DNA of 64,000 nucleotides from a virus: positions 32,001 to 96,000 of the IMG/VR virus record IMGVR_UViG_3300021961_000037; one strand, written 5' to 3'. The notes below the pieces were generated by a model. The model did not search any database. It was not told the origin of the DNA and worked only from the letters and a program-made list of their open reading frames with translations. Positions 28,837 to 40,014 of the stretch are shown here, piece by piece (position 1 is the stretch's first letter; each line of letters starts with the position of its first letter). Made by a program: the position numbers and the translations under genes.

Positions 28837-30011
28837 TGGCTTCACCAGATTTTTCAGACTACGTTGACCTAACGCTTTTTGATACGACGGCGAACACTAT
28901 CTACAATGAGGCGATTGAGTACGCAAAGACAGCGTTCCCAGAGTTTTCTCCACGTGTCGGAACCGTTGAAAATGCAATTCTTGAAGCGTTTGCTCATGCT
29001 TCGTTCAATTTGACGACAACCATAAACAGGCTTCCTGATGGTTTGATGGAAGGTCTACTCAAACTCATGGGATTCTCCCGGATTGAAGCAACTCCAGCGG
29101 CTGGCGTAGTCAGTATTGAGGTGACGATAAATACTGGTGTAACAATTTCTGCTGGAACAATCGTTTCGTTTGATGTTTTTGACACTGGTGGCGTACTCAC
29201 ACAGTACCTATTTGAAACAACCGAGGATTTGATAATTTCATCCGGAAATACCAGTGGAACGGTAAATGTTGTCGCCGTTTCAGCAGAGGAATATCCGGAT
29301 ATACCAGTTCCCCAGGCGCTTACACTCGTTTCGACTACGCCATATATTTTTCAAGTTGAATTGCAAAGCGTGAGTACGGTCGGAACAAATACGGAATCAG
29401 ATGAAGAATATTTTAATCGTGCCTCCAGATACCTTGCATCGCTGTCAAGTGCTCTAGTTACAGCAAATCAGATGACCAACTACATTTCCACAATGTACCC
29501 AACGGTTTCACGATTCAAAGTGTACGACCTTACGGAATCTGTGGACATGGATTTCAGCGCTGCGGACGCCGCTGGAGAGGTCACCGTGGCAATGTGTGAC
29601 AGTATTGGCGACCCGATTGATAGTGCTCAAAAAACAATCATCCAAGACGATCTTGAATCAAAAGTTATTGCAGGTCTCAATGTGGGTCTGTATGACATGC
29701 AAATATTTGATGTTGATGTCGTAGCAGAGGTTGTTGTTGAGACAAATTATTCAACTGCAACAGTTTCTCTTGCCGTGTCCGCAGCAATCGAAAGTTATCT
29801 TTCAATCGCTGGTTGGGATTGGCAGGAAGGCGTTGCATCTAACAGACTTTCTGCTATCGCTGCCCGTGTTCCTGGTGTCAAGTATGTCGTTTCAATGTCG
29901 TCTACTTTGCCTACTTCCGTGCCTAGCCTTGCCTCTGAGTCGGCTGGAGAAATCACCATAATCGAAAAGGGAGCAATCCCAATAGGCTCGTGCACAACAA
30001 CAGCGGTTTAA
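28836..30011 (+). CDS. Baseplate J-like wedge protein
   Basis: GTNTESDEEYFNR, VPGVKYV; position. Confidence 0.85.
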   Translation: MASPDFSDYVDLTLFDTTANTIYNEAIEYAKTAFPEFSPRVGTVENAILEAFAHASFNLTTTINRLPDGLMEGLLKLMGFSRIEATPAAGVVSIEVTINTGVTISAGTIVSFDVFDTGGVLTQYLFETTEDLIISSGNTSGTVNVVAVSAEEYPDIPVPQALTLVSTTPYIFQVELQSVSTVGTNTESDEEYFNRASRYLASLSSALVTANQMTNYISTMYPTVSRFKVYDLTESVDMDFSAADAAGEVTVAMCDSIGDPIDSAQKTIIQDDLESKVIAGLNVGLYDMQIFDVDVVAEVVVETNYSTATVSLAVSAAIESYLSIAGWDWQEGVASNRLSAIAARVPGVKYVVSMSSTLPTSVPSLASESAGEITIIEKGAIPIGSCTTTAV

Positions 30012-30012
30012 T

Positions 30013-31299
30013 ATGCTCCCAACAGTAAACTATATTGATGAATCTGAGCGCAGATTTGTTGAGTCAGCGTACTTTGCAACGCTTTTGGGCGGAATATGGA
30101 AATCAGATGCGACTATTACCGAGGATCCGTTAACATATCAAGATTTTGCTTTTGGGTCAATTTTTGTTGACGCAGTTGCCGAATCGGAAACAACCTACAA
30201 CATCTGGTCAAACCCGTCAACAGATGTGCCGTCACAGTATGCAATCACAACAGACATAGAAAACACAGATTATATTGAGGCGTTTTGCTGGGTTCGTCCG
30301 ACAAAAAATTGCACAGTAAATATCAACACTCAGTTGACGGAGGTGTACCTTGATGAACCAACAAACAATTTCATGCTTTCATCTGACACAAACGATGTTT
30401 TTGAGGGCAATGTTGGTTCTCACATAATTGCTGTTGGTGGCGCCGACGAACCAATATGGCATTTGGTTAGAGCAAAACTGATTCAAATCCCGTCCGGTGA
30501 CGCGCAATATTCAATTGGTTTGAAAATAAATGTCGTATTTGATGATGATGCATCGCCTGGTGAATTGAACATTTCAAGGCCAACGATTATCAGAACTCAT
30601 GCCATCTTTGAAAACGAGGCACTACAGGAAACATATCTATTCATACCAGATGTGTTTTTGGAGCAAGACACCGCAGATTTCACCTCCAACGAGGTCACAT
30701 ATCCGCTAATGCGTTTAATTGACGTCGCCTCTGACACTGCGCATGATGTTGCACAAAAAATTGATGAAATCAAATATATGGATATTGAATCAGGGTTTGA
30801 CAGTACAGATACCGAAACATATAGCACCTTGATTAATCCTCTGTATTCGGATGTTCCGACACTCGGGTGGCTTTCTCAATTCCGAGGAAGAAATCTTGTC
30901 GTCACATATGAGCCATCTACCGATGGAGAAGAGTGGGAACAGTTTATTCTGGATTCATCAACTCTTGACGGAACTGATGTTATGGCAACATCATCAATTT
31001 CAACCTCTGGGATTTCGGGTGGAGTTGAAGAATATTTTCGCTGGCAGGTAGACACTGGGTATTACGGTCACAATGCCGGAACCATTTCATCAATGCTTTC
31101 AGCAATCCAACTATTTCTTACTGGCGATAAAACAATCAATTATGTAGCCACGCCAACAAGCATCCATTTTCAAACAAGTATCACAGAAACGTACGGATCA
31201 GATGCTTTGGCAATTGGTGACCCGAACCCGTACATTCTTGCGGTTATTGAACCAGCAAGACCACTTGGAATGATTGCGACCCACGAATTAGTTGCCTAG
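30013..31299 (+). CDS. Baseplate wedge (gpI-like) protein
   Basis: LGWLSQFRG, AGT, RPLG; follows baseplate J. Confidence 0.6.
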   Translation: MLPTVNYIDESERRFVESAYFATLLGGIWKSDATITEDPLTYQDFAFGSIFVDAVAESETTYNIWSNPSTDVPSQYAITTDIENTDYIEAFCWVRPTKNCTVNINTQLTEVYLDEPTNNFMLSSDTNDVFEGNVGSHIIAVGGADEPIWHLVRAKLIQIPSGDAQYSIGLKINVVFDDDASPGELNISRPTIIRTHAIFENEALQETYLFIPDVFLEQDTADFTSNEVTYPLMRLIDVASDTAHDVAQKIDEIKYMDIESGFDSTDTETYSTLINPLYSDVPTLGWLSQFRGRNLVVTYEPSTDGEEWEQFILDSSTLDGTDVMATSSISTSGISGGVEEYFRWQVDTGYYGHNAGTISSMLSAIQLFLTGDKTINYVATPTSIHFQTSITETYGSDALAIGDPNPYILAVIEPARPLGMIATHELVA

Positions 31300-31366
31300 A
31301 TATTTACTTTCATATTTGGTTGGCATAAAAAGGTAAACTTGTAGTATCCCTAAAGACGGGAGAAAT

Positions 31367-31633
31367 ATGGACGATCAAGAAAACATTGACGATCCAGCAA
31401 TCGTTGAAGTTGACACCGAAATGGATGAATTGCGCAAGGTATTGCGTAATACCATGTCGGAAAAACTCATAACGAATTTCGTCATTATTGCCGAAGTTAC
31501 CGATGAGGATGGTCAATCGCTGTCCCTGTCCGTATCTGACAGCATTACGCCATGGCTGGCGTATGGGATGATTAACAGCGCTCTGGCGATGCTAGGGTCT
31601 GGAGAATACCAATTCCCTTCAACGGAAGAATGA
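31367..31633 (+). CDS. Hypothetical protein
   Basis: 88 aa with SD GGAG. Confidence 0.65.
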   Translation: MDDQENIDDPAIVEVDTEMDELRKVLRNTMSEKLITNFVIIAEVTDEDGQSLSLSVSDSITPWLAYGMINSALAMLGSGEYQFPSTEE

Positions 31634-31878
31634 GGCTAATAATGGATAAAAACATCAAAATGAACCTTGGCGACCAGGCGGTTAAGGGTGCAGTTCTCGG
31701 CGCTCTTGCGTACTTTGGCGACGCTTTCGGTTTGGATGCCACGCAGGTTGCGGTCGCCATGCCGGTTGCACTGACAATCCTCGCTTGGGTTTCTACGAAG
31801 ATTGGTGACAAGGGCACGACAGTCTTGTTCCGTGTTGTCAAGCAAGCGGCAGCAGCACAGGCAAAGAAAAGCAAGTAG
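31630..31878 (+). CDS. Small membrane protein, holin-like
   Basis: Two hydrophobic segments, basic C-terminus. Confidence 0.5.
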   Translation: MRLIMDKNIKMNLGDQAVKGAVLGALAYFGDAFGLDATQVAVAMPVALTILAWVSTKIGDKGTTVLFRVVKQAAAAQAKKSK

Positions 31879-31952
31879 TTTCAAGCCACGCGCATTTGCT
31901 ACCTTATACTTGTAGACGACACAAAATGTCGTCTCCGAGTGTGGGGTAGTAA

Positions 31953-32303
31953 ATGCTTGCTGGAAGGTACAACATAGTCTGTGACCAAGGGTCAACCTTT
32001 CAAAGGGTCATAGAGATTAAAGGTTTAGACAATTCTATTCTCAACCTTTCTGGATACACAGCCAGAATGCAGGTTCGTCGAGAAATTGACTCAACAACTA
32101 CGCTGATTGAACTGACCACAGAAAACGGTCGAATCACCATTTACCCATCCCTTGGAACGATTGAACTCAATCTCACCTCAACCGAAACTGCGGAACTGGC
32201 ACGGGGCGGCTATTACGACTTGGAGATAATTGACACCTCCAGTGGGGATGTCCAGAAAGTACTTCGTGGAGAGTTCAGGCTTGAAAAAGAGGTCACCCGA
32301 TGA
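31953..32303 (+). CDS. Fibre attachment / baseplate-upper-type Ig-like protein
   Basis: DQGSTF, NLSGYTARMQVR, YYDLEI, LRGEF. Confidence 0.65.
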   Translation: MLAGRYNIVCDQGSTFQRVIEIKGLDNSILNLSGYTARMQVRREIDSTTTLIELTTENGRITIYPSLGTIELNLTSTETAELARGGYYDLEIIDTSSGDVQKVLRGEFRLEKEVTR

Positions 32304-32509
32304 CCACTCCAACACCCATCACTATTGGCGTGACTCTCCCTGATGGAAATTTTAATGCTGTAGTTGAAGATCAGAGAAACATTGTAACCATAAACGAAGA
32401 AACCCCCAATACGGTTATTGTTACCGTGCCAGGGATAAACGCCTCAATTTATAGTGCTTCTATTGTTTACGGTAGCGGTGCGCCTTGGACTATTGAGGTT
32501 GAAATCTAA
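32300..32509 (+). CDS. Small structural protein
   Basis: 69 aa, overlapping neighbours on both sides. Confidence 0.6.
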   Translation: MTTPTPITIGVTLPDGNFNAVVEDQRNIVTINEETPNTVIVTVPGINASIYSASIVYGSGAPWTIEVEI

Positions 32510-32859
32510 TGCCCACATACATTCCGTCCGATTACGGCAATATCGGAGATATTTACATTGATGTTGAGACCGGAGATTTCTACGGTCCGAAGACTGAGAG
32601 TGGTTGGCCAGATACACCATTTTTTACGGCTTTAACATCTGTAACTGTTGATGCGGCGGTTCTAAATGACCGACATGTACATAGCCAACCAGTGGCGAGT
32701 GCTACTTGGGTGATTACCCATGCACTCGGAGGACGGCCATCAGTAACGGTCGTTGACTCTGGTTTGACGAAAGTATACGGGGAAATAGTGTATGATAGTG
32801 ACACACAAGTAAGAGTTATTTTTTCGGCTCCTTTCAGCGGTTTCGCGTATTTAACGTGA
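32509..32859 (+). CDS. Small fibre-associated protein
   Basis: GDIYID..TGDFYGPK motif; WVITHALG.RPSVTVVD. Confidence 0.65.
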   Translation: MPTYIPSDYGNIGDIYIDVETGDFYGPKTESGWPDTPFFTALTSVTVDAAVLNDRHVHSQPVASATWVITHALGGRPSVTVVDSGLTKVYGEIVYDSDTQVRVIFSAPFSGFAYLT

Positions 32860-32867
32860 GGTAAATA

Positions 32868-34160
32868 ATGGCGCAAAAGTTCCTAACAAACCTTGATCTT
32901 AACCAGAACCAACTGGTTAATGCAACATTTGAGGTTCTTGCAACCGACCCCAGCAGTGGGAACTTTGAGGGTCGCCTTATTTACAACTCCACCGAAGACA
33001 CAATCAAGGTTTATTCGGGTTCAGCATGGCGGAAAATGCTCCATGACGTCGTTGCTGGTGGCTCTTATACTGATGCGCTCACGATTTCTGAATCCAATGG
33101 GCAGATAACACTCACCCTAAACCTTGCTGACACCGACAGCGCTGGTCTTCTTTCAAGCACATTCTGGAATGACCTCAATGATGCGACCTCTGCTGCTACG
33201 GCAAGCAAACTCGTCAAGCGCGACGCCAATGGAAATATCAGCGTTGCCGACCCGACATCTGATTCGCATGCCGCAACCAAGGGCTATGTTGATGCCGCTC
33301 GTTCTGGTCTGGATGTTAAGCAGTCTGTTCGTGTTGCGACAACGAGCGCAATCAATATTGCGACAGATTTGGAAGACGGCGACACCATTGACGGTGTCAC
33401 CCTTGCGACTGGTGATCGAGTCCTTGTCAAGAACCAGAGCACTGCCTCAGAAAACGGCATCTATGTTGTCGTCGCTTCTGGTGCGGCAAGCCGCTCAACG
33501 GATGCAGACAGCAATGCTGAAGTCACGGCAGGAATGTTCACCTTCGTTTCTGAAGGTTCAACCAATGCTGATTCGGGATGGGTTCTTACTACCAATGACA
33601 CAATCACGCTTGGGAGCACCTCTCTTGACTTTGCACAGTTCTCTGGTGCTGGTCAAGTAACAGCAGGTGACGGTCTAACTAAGACCGGCAACACCCTTGA
33701 TGTTGTTGGAACAACCGACAGAATCACAGTAAATGCTGACAGTGTTGATATTGCATCTACTTATGTTGGTCAATCAAGCATCACCACGCTCGGCACAATT
33801 TCCACGGGAACATGGGAAGCCACGGATGTTGGTGTCGCACATGGTGGTACTGGCGCCTCCACTGAATCTGGTGCCAGAACAAATTTGGCTTCTGCGTCGT
33901 CGGAAGCATCAGGTCGAACAACGAGCACACCGACACTTTCTCGTGTTTCCAAGCAGGGTTGTGCTGCGAGCGTGGGCGGTGTTTCAACAACGACCGTAAC
34001 CCACAACTTCAACACTGTTGATGTCGTTGTTCAAGTTTACGAAGTTGCAACTGGCGCCACGGTAATCGGTGATGTAACACGAGCAAACTCAAATACGGTG
34101 TCAGTTGTTCTTAACGGAACTATTAGCGCGAACGACTACACCATCGTCGTCACGGGCTAA
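32868..34160 (+). CDS. Tail fibre protein
   Basis: AATKGYVD, DVKQSVRVATT, GDRVLVKNQ...ENGIY fibre motifs. Confidence 0.8.
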   Translation: MAQKFLTNLDLNQNQLVNATFEVLATDPSSGNFEGRLIYNSTEDTIKVYSGSAWRKMLHDVVAGGSYTDALTISESNGQITLTLNLADTDSAGLLSSTFWNDLNDATSAATASKLVKRDANGNISVADPTSDSHAATKGYVDAARSGLDVKQSVRVATTSAINIATDLEDGDTIDGVTLATGDRVLVKNQSTASENGIYVVVASGAASRSTDADSNAEVTAGMFTFVSEGSTNADSGWVLTTNDTITLGSTSLDFAQFSGAGQVTAGDGLTKTGNTLDVVGTTDRITVNADSVDIASTYVGQSSITTLGTISTGTWEATDVGVAHGGTGASTESGARTNLASASSEASGRTTSTPTLSRVSKQGCAASVGGVSTTTVTHNFNTVDVVVQVYEVATGATVIGDVTRANSNTVSVVLNGTISANDYTIVVTG

Positions 34161-34166
34161 TATCAA

Positions 34167-34188
34167 CATTGGCTTCGAGGAGCCAATG
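34167..34188 (+). other. Intergenic RNA hairpin CATTGGCT-TCGAGG-AGCCAATG
   Basis: 8-bp perfect stem between the two fibre genes; no U-tract. Confidence 0.55.
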
Positions 34189-34215
34189 ACAATATAACCG
34201 AAAGCGATTGAGGTC

Positions 34216-37200
34216 GTGGCGCAAAAATTTACTGTACCTATCACTATCAAGCAGTTGGCGTCTGCTGGCTCAGATGCGCTCACGGTTTTTGTAAACGGTG
34301 AAGTTTACGGTCGCGTAAAAATTGAGGCTGGCGGTCGCTTATCGTGGAGCGACGGCACTGGTGTCTATGACACAAATCTTTATCGTGATGGCGCAAATAC
34401 GCTCGCCACTGACGACATCTTCAAGGCGCTCACGGCACTGGTTTCTCCGACAACCAATGGTGCTCCGTCGGTAAGCGTCCCAGATGGAGCGATTGCGGTT
34501 GATAACACAAACAACCGCCTATATTTCAGGTCAAACTCAACATGGCGTGTTGTTGAGGGTGGGGCAACGGTTTCCGCAACTGCTCCAAGCAACCCACTCG
34601 AAGGCGCTCTGTGGTTTGACACTAGCGATGACACGCTTTATATCCGTCAGGGAAGCGCATGGGTTGTCGCTGGAGGTGGCGGTGCTTCGGTAGAGGTTGG
34701 AGCAACTGCCCCTTCTTCCCCCAGTGAGGGGGATATGTGGTGGGATTCCAACCTTCTTGAACTTTTCATTTACTACTCGTCAGCCTGGGTTCAGGTAACA
34801 CCAAGTAGTGAATATTTTGACCTAGCAGACCTTGGCGACGTTTCCAGCACACCGCCAACAAATGGTCAAGTCCTCGTATTCAATAATTCAACTGGTGAGT
34901 ATGAGCCGACAACTTTATCCACTAGCAGTTCACTTGATGGGCTAACCGACACAACATTAACCAGCCCAACATCTGGGGAATTCCTTAAGTACAACGGAAG
35001 CGCATGGGTTAATGATGCAATTGACCTTGGAACAGACACAACAGGTAATTATGTTTCCGATGTAAGCGGAGGAACAGGTGTCACGGTTACCCACACACCA
35101 GGAGAAGGATCAACGCCATCGGTGGCGATTGGTCAGGATGTTGGGACAACCGCGGACGTAACTTTCAATACGGTCACCGCAGACCTCACGGGGAATGCTG
35201 ATACGGCAACTGCTCTACAGACTTCCAGGACGATTGAACTTACTGGTGATGTAACCGGTTCTGCATCGTTTGACGGAACAGCAAATGCGACATTGAGTGT
35301 CACGATTTCGTCCGACTCTGTCGCCCTCGGCACAGACACGACAGGTGACTATGTTCAGAACCTCGTCGCGGGTACTGGTGTCACGCTTGGTGCAAACTCG
35401 GGTGAAGGCGCAACACCAAGCATCGCCATCGGTCAAGATGTCGGAACAACAGCCGACGTCACGTTCAACACCGTAACTGCCGACCTTACGGGTGACGTGA
35501 CTGGAAATGCCGATACAGCCACATCGCTGGAGACCGCCAGAACAATCTCTCTTGGGGGTGACCTCTCTGGTTCGGCATCGTTCAATGGAACCGCCGATGT
35601 AACGATTACCGCAACGGTGCAGCCGGACTCGATTGCCCTTGGTACGGACACCACTGGCAACTACATGTCGGGTGTTACGGCTGGAACTGGAATCAGTGTC
35701 ACCCACACACCAGGTGAAGGCTCAAATGCGACGATTGCACTTGATGCTGACCTGAGCAGTTTGGGTGACATAACCGTTACGAGTCCTGAACAATATCAGA
35801 CATTGGTGTATGACGGTTCTGAGTTCATTAACGAATATCCGACAACAGTAAGCAATGTACAAAACGCAGAAACAACCACCCTCACTGTTGGAACTGTTGT
35901 CTATCTGTTTGGCGGAACTGGTGACCGCGCATCGGTAAAGAGGGCAGACAATTCATCTGACACAACGTCGTCAAAGACTGTTGGAGTCGTTGCTTCTTCT
36001 ATCAATTCTAGTGCCAACGGTCCAGTTGTCACTCGCGGATATGTGAATGGCATAAACCTAAGCAGTGGATATGCGGCAGGCGATATTCTTTGGCTTGGCT
36101 CAAACGGTCAATTCACTGCAACGAAGCCATCCACCCCCGACCATCTTGTCTTTGTCGGCGTTGTTGTTCGAGCAACAAACAATGGAATTGTATATGTAGC
36201 AACACAGAACGGCTACGAACTTGAAGAACTCCATGATGTAAAAGTTAGTAGCCTCGCCAATAAAGACGTATTGGTGTGGAACAGCGCATCGGCTGTTTGG
36301 GTCAACGGACAAATTAACCTCGGAACAGACACAGTTGGTGACTACGTTCAGAACCTTGTTGCCGGAACTGGCGTAACCATAACAGATAACTCTGGCGAAG
36401 GAACAACGCCAACAGTTGCTATAGGTCAAGACGTTTCAACAAGCGCTTCTGTGTTGTTTGCAGAAGTAGAGACAACTGGAGATTTTACCGTTGGCGGCGA
36501 CCTGTTCGTCACTGGAACACTTACAACTGTCAACGAAACAAACCTTGCGATTGAAGATACGTTCATATATCTCAACGATGGTTCGACAGTCACCAACCCG
36601 GATTTGGGAATCGTTGGCAACTACAACGACGGAACCTACGCACACTCTGGTGTGTTCCGTGACGCAACCGATGGTAAGTGGAAGTTCTTTGACTCGTACA
36701 CCCCGGAGCCAACGGACCCGATTAACACTGGGCATGCCTCTTATGCTCCTGCGCCAGTCGTAGCCGAAACATTTGAGAGCACGGTATCCACTGGCACCGC
36801 ACCGTTCACCGTTTCCTCAACGACTGAAGTAACAAACCTTCATGCTGATACTGCAAGTTCGCTGCACACAGCCCGCAACATTTCGCTTGGTGGAGATATT
36901 GCTGGCTCAGCCTCGTTTGACGGGTCTGGCGATGTCACCATCACCGCAACCGTTCAAGCGAACTCCGTTGCGCTCGGCACCGATACAACTGGCAACTACA
37001 TGGTTGACATCGCTGAGGGAACAGGTGTCACCATCACCCACACACCGGGTGAGGCGTCAACTGGAACAATCGCAATTGGTCAAGACGTTGGAACAACTGC
37101 GGACGTTACTTTCAATACCGTCACGGCAGATGTAACCGGCGACCTGACGGGAAATGTCACGGGCAACGCCGACACTGCCACTACACTGCAAACTTCCCGA

Positions 37201-40011
37201 ACTATCTCGTTGGGTGGAGACCTTTCGGGTTCTGCTTCCTTCAATGGTTCTGCGGACGTAACCATCACCGCAACGATTGGTGCCGACTCGGTTGCCCTTG
37301 GAACTGACACCACTGGCAATTACGTTCAGAATCTTGTCGCTGGTACGGGAATAACACTCACCAACAACACCGGTGAAGGTGCAACCCCAACGGTTGCTGT
37401 CACCGCAAACACATACGAAGCATTCGGTGCAGTTGCCACCCACGAATCAGACACAACCAACATTCACGGTATAACGGACACTGCCGCCCTTGTCACTTTG
37501 GCTGGGACACAGACCCTCACCAACAAGACGCTTACCAGTCCAGTCATCACTGGTGTGTCTCCGCAAATAACCCTTGCTGGAGATTTGACTGGCTCAGTAA
37601 CCCTGACCGACCTTGGCAACGGAACGCTTACGGCAACGATTGCCGCCAACTCCGTTGCTCTCGGCACAGACACAACGGGCAACTATGTAAACGATGTAAC
37701 GGCAGGTACGGGCGTCACAGTCACTCATACACCAGGTGAAGGCTCCAGCCCAACAATTGCAATTGGTCAGGCAGTTGGAACAACAAGCGACGTTACCTTC
37801 AACACAGTTACAGCCGACTTGACGGGTGATGTAACTGGAAATGCAGATACCGCAACGACCCTTGCCGCTGCGCGGACGATTTCACTTGGTGGTGACCTGA
37901 GTGGCTCGGCATCCTTTAACGGCTCGTCGGATGTAACAATCACGGCGACCATTGGTGCAGACTCCGTAACCCTCGGCACAGACACCACAGGAAACTACGT
38001 CAACGACGTAACGGCTGGCACTGGCGTAACTGTTACTCACACCCCAGGAGAAGGTTCGAGCCCGACCGTGGCAATCGGTCAGGCAGTGGCCACATCGGAC
38101 AGCCCAACATTTGCAGGTGCAACTCTTGATGCAGTCCAAATTGGAATCACTGCTGCTGGAGAGATTGACACATCTTCTGGCAATCTCACAATTGACTCTG
38201 CTGGCGGAACCGTAACGGTTGACGACAACCTGATTGTTTCTGGCGACCTCACCGTTTCTGGAACTACAACGACGGTAAATACCGAGACAATCAATTTGGC
38301 TGACAACATCATCACGCTCAACAGCAATGAAACTGGCACCCCAAGCCAAAACGCTGGTCTTGAGGTTGAGCGTGGCACCTCAACAAATGTGCAACTACGT
38401 TGGAATGAGACCAGCGACAAGTGGGAACTTTCCGAAGACGGTTCTAATTACTATGACATCGCTACCGAGGCATATGTTGATGGACAGACAATCACATCGC
38501 TGGATGACGTAGGTGATGTAACAATCACCTCTGCCACATCTGGGGATTTCCTAAAGTGGAACGGTACGGCATGGGTCAATGACCCAGTGAACTTGGGTAC
38601 GGATACGACTGGAGACTATGTCGGTTCGCTCGTCGCTGGCACTGGTGTTACCCTCACGAATAACTCCGGAGAAGGCGCAACACCGACCGTAGCAATCGGT
38701 CAAGCGGTTGGCACGACAGACAACGTCACATTCAACAGCGTTACCGCCAGTCTCACGGGCAATGCAGATACTGCAACCACGCTGGCAACTTCACGAACGA
38801 TTGCCCTCGGCGGAGATTTGTCTGGTTCGGCATCGTTTGACGGCTCGGCAAACATCACCATCACTGCAACGATTGGTGCAGATTCAGTTGCCCTCGGAAC
38901 GGACACCACCGGGAACTACATGGAGGATGTCTCGGCTGGAACGGGCATCTCGGTCACCCACACGCCAAGTGAGGGTTCCACGGCAACGGTTGCACTCAAC
39001 GCAACGTTGGACAACCTGAGCAATGTAAACGCCCCCGCACCTTCGGATGGTCAGTTCCTCAAGTACGTCTCTGCCTCGTCCGAATGGCAACCAGCGGCAA
39101 TCCCCACCATCAACAACCTTGACGATGTCGGCGATGTAAACATCACGTCCGCAACATCGGGCGATTTCTTGAAGTGGAACGGGTCTGCGTGGGTTAACGA
39201 CCCAGTAAACCTTGGAACCGATACAACAGGCGATTATGTGCAATCACTGGTCGCTGGAACCGGTATCTCTCTTGCGAATAACTCTGGCGAAGGTGCGACA
39301 CCGACGGTAACGCTGAACGCAGCGATTGATGACCTTTCCGATGTGTCTGCGGCAGCCCCAACGAGCGGAGATGTTCTTTCGTGGAACGGGTCAGCATGGG
39401 TGTCGTCTGCACCATCAAGCGGCGCATCACTCACGGTTTCTGCGACAGCACCGTCGTCACCGTCCGAAGGGGACATGTGGTTTGAGTCCGATACGGGTCG
39501 CACGTACGTGTACTACGACAGCGCATGGGTGGAAATCGGAGCCATTTCCGCAGGGTCGCGTGTCTCTATTTCTGCAAATGCACCGTCCAACCCGACGGCT
39601 GGAGACACATGGTTTGACTCAGATACTGCCCAAACCTTCATCTATTACGACAGCCAGTGGATTGAAATTGGTGCCTCGGCAATGGCTGCCACCATTGCCG
39701 GAACCGCCCCAAGCAATGCGATTGGCGGTCAAATATGGTTTGACTCCAACACAGGCGGCACCTATGTCTATTTCAACTCCACATGGGTGGAGGTTGGCGC
39801 ATCTGCCCTTGACACGCTCCTCAACACGATTGAGGCAAAGGGCGACATCCTCGTTGGAACTGCAGACAATGCGGTAGACAACCTGACGGTTGGCTCCAAC
39901 GGGCAGATTCTCGTGGCAGACTCGGCAGAGGCAACTGGTCTAAAATGGGAAACGCCAAACTACGCGTCAACAGGTAAAGCCATCGCAATGGCAATCGTCT
40001 TCGGAGGATAA
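34216..40011 (+). CDS. Giant repetitive tail fibre / scaffold (1931 aa)
   Basis: 11 LGTDT(T/V)G repeats, LDDVGDV..FLKWNG repeats, five APSxPxxGxxW domains, C-terminus GKAIAMAIVFGG. Confidence 0.85.
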   Translation: MAQKFTVPITIKQLASAGSDALTVFVNGEVYGRVKIEAGGRLSWSDGTGVYDTNLYRDGANTLATDDIFKALTALVSPTTNGAPSVSVPDGAIAVDNTNNRLYFRSNSTWRVVEGGATVSATAPSNPLEGALWFDTSDDTLYIRQGSAWVVAGGGGASVEVGATAPSSPSEGDMWWDSNLLELFIYYSSAWVQVTPSSEYFDLADLGDVSSTPPTNGQVLVFNNSTGEYEPTTLSTSSSLDGLTDTTLTSPTSGEFLKYNGSAWVNDAIDLGTDTTGNYVSDVSGGTGVTVTHTPGEGSTPSVAIGQDVGTTADVTFNTVTADLTGNADTATALQTSRTIELTGDVTGSASFDGTANATLSVTISSDSVALGTDTTGDYVQNLVAGTGVTLGANSGEGATPSIAIGQDVGTTADVTFNTVTADLTGDVTGNADTATSLETARTISLGGDLSGSASFNGTADVTITATVQPDSIALGTDTTGNYMSGVTAGTGISVTHTPGEGSNATIALDADLSSLGDITVTSPEQYQTLVYDGSEFINEYPTTVSNVQNAETTTLTVGTVVYLFGGTGDRASVKRADNSSDTTSSKTVGVVASSINSSANGPVVTRGYVNGINLSSGYAAGDILWLGSNGQFTATKPSTPDHLVFVGVVVRATNNGIVYVATQNGYELEELHDVKVSSLANKDVLVWNSASAVWVNGQINLGTDTVGDYVQNLVAGTGVTITDNSGEGTTPTVAIGQDVSTSASVLFAEVETTGDFTVGGDLFVTGTLTTVNETNLAIEDTFIYLNDGSTVTNPDLGIVGNYNDGTYAHSGVFRDATDGKWKFFDSYTPEPTDPINTGHASYAPAPVVAETFESTVSTGTAPFTVSSTTEVTNLHADTASSLHTARNISLGGDIAGSASFDGSGDVTITATVQANSVALGTDTTGNYMVDIAEGTGVTITHTPGEASTGTIAIGQDVGTTADVTFNTVTADVTGDLTGNVTGNADTATTLQTSRTISLGGDLSGSASFNGSADVTITATIGADSVALGTDTTGNYVQNLVAGTGITLTNNTGEGATPTVAVTANTYEAFGAVATHESDTTNIHGITDTAALVTLAGTQTLTNKTLTSPVITGVSPQITLAGDLTGSVTLTDLGNGTLTATIAANSVALGTDTTGNYVNDVTAGTGVTVTHTPGEGSSPTIAIGQAVGTTSDVTFNTVTADLTGDVTGNADTATTLAAARTISLGGDLSGSASFNGSSDVTITATIGADSVTLGTDTTGNYVNDVTAGTGVTVTHTPGEGSSPTVAIGQAVATSDSPTFAGATLDAVQIGITAAGEIDTSSGNLTIDSAGGTVTVDDNLIVSGDLTVSGTTTTVNTETINLADNIITLNSNETGTPSQNAGLEVERGTSTNVQLRWNETSDKWELSEDGSNYYDIATEAYVDGQTITSLDDVGDVTITSATSGDFLKWNGTAWVNDPVNLGTDTTGDYVGSLVAGTGVTLTNNSGEGATPTVAIGQAVGTTDNVTFNSVTASLTGNADTATTLATSRTIALGGDLSGSASFDGSANITITATIGADSVALGTDTTGNYMEDVSAGTGISVTHTPSEGSTATVALNATLDNLSNVNAPAPSDGQFLKYVSASSEWQPAAIPTINNLDDVGDVNITSATSGDFLKWNGSAWVNDPVNLGTDTTGDYVQSLVAGTGISLANNSGEGATPTVTLNAAIDDLSDVSAAAPTSGDVLSWNGSAWVSSAPSSGASLTVSATAPSSPSEGDMWFESDTGRTYVYYDSAWVEIGAISAGSRVSISANAPSNPTAGDTWFDSDTAQTFIYYDSQWIEIGASAMAATIAGTAPSNAIGGQIWFDSNTGGTYVYFNSTWVEVGASALDTLLNTIEAKGDILVGTADNAVDNLTVGSNGQILVADSAEATGLKWETPNYASTGKAIAMAIVFGG
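35026..39318 (+). repeat. Coding ~100-aa repeat array (GTDTTG...GEG...AIGQ...GNADTAT...SASF)
   Basis: Repeats visible in translation; DNA copies diverged at synonymous sites. Confidence 0.85.
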
Positions 40012-40014
40012 TTT

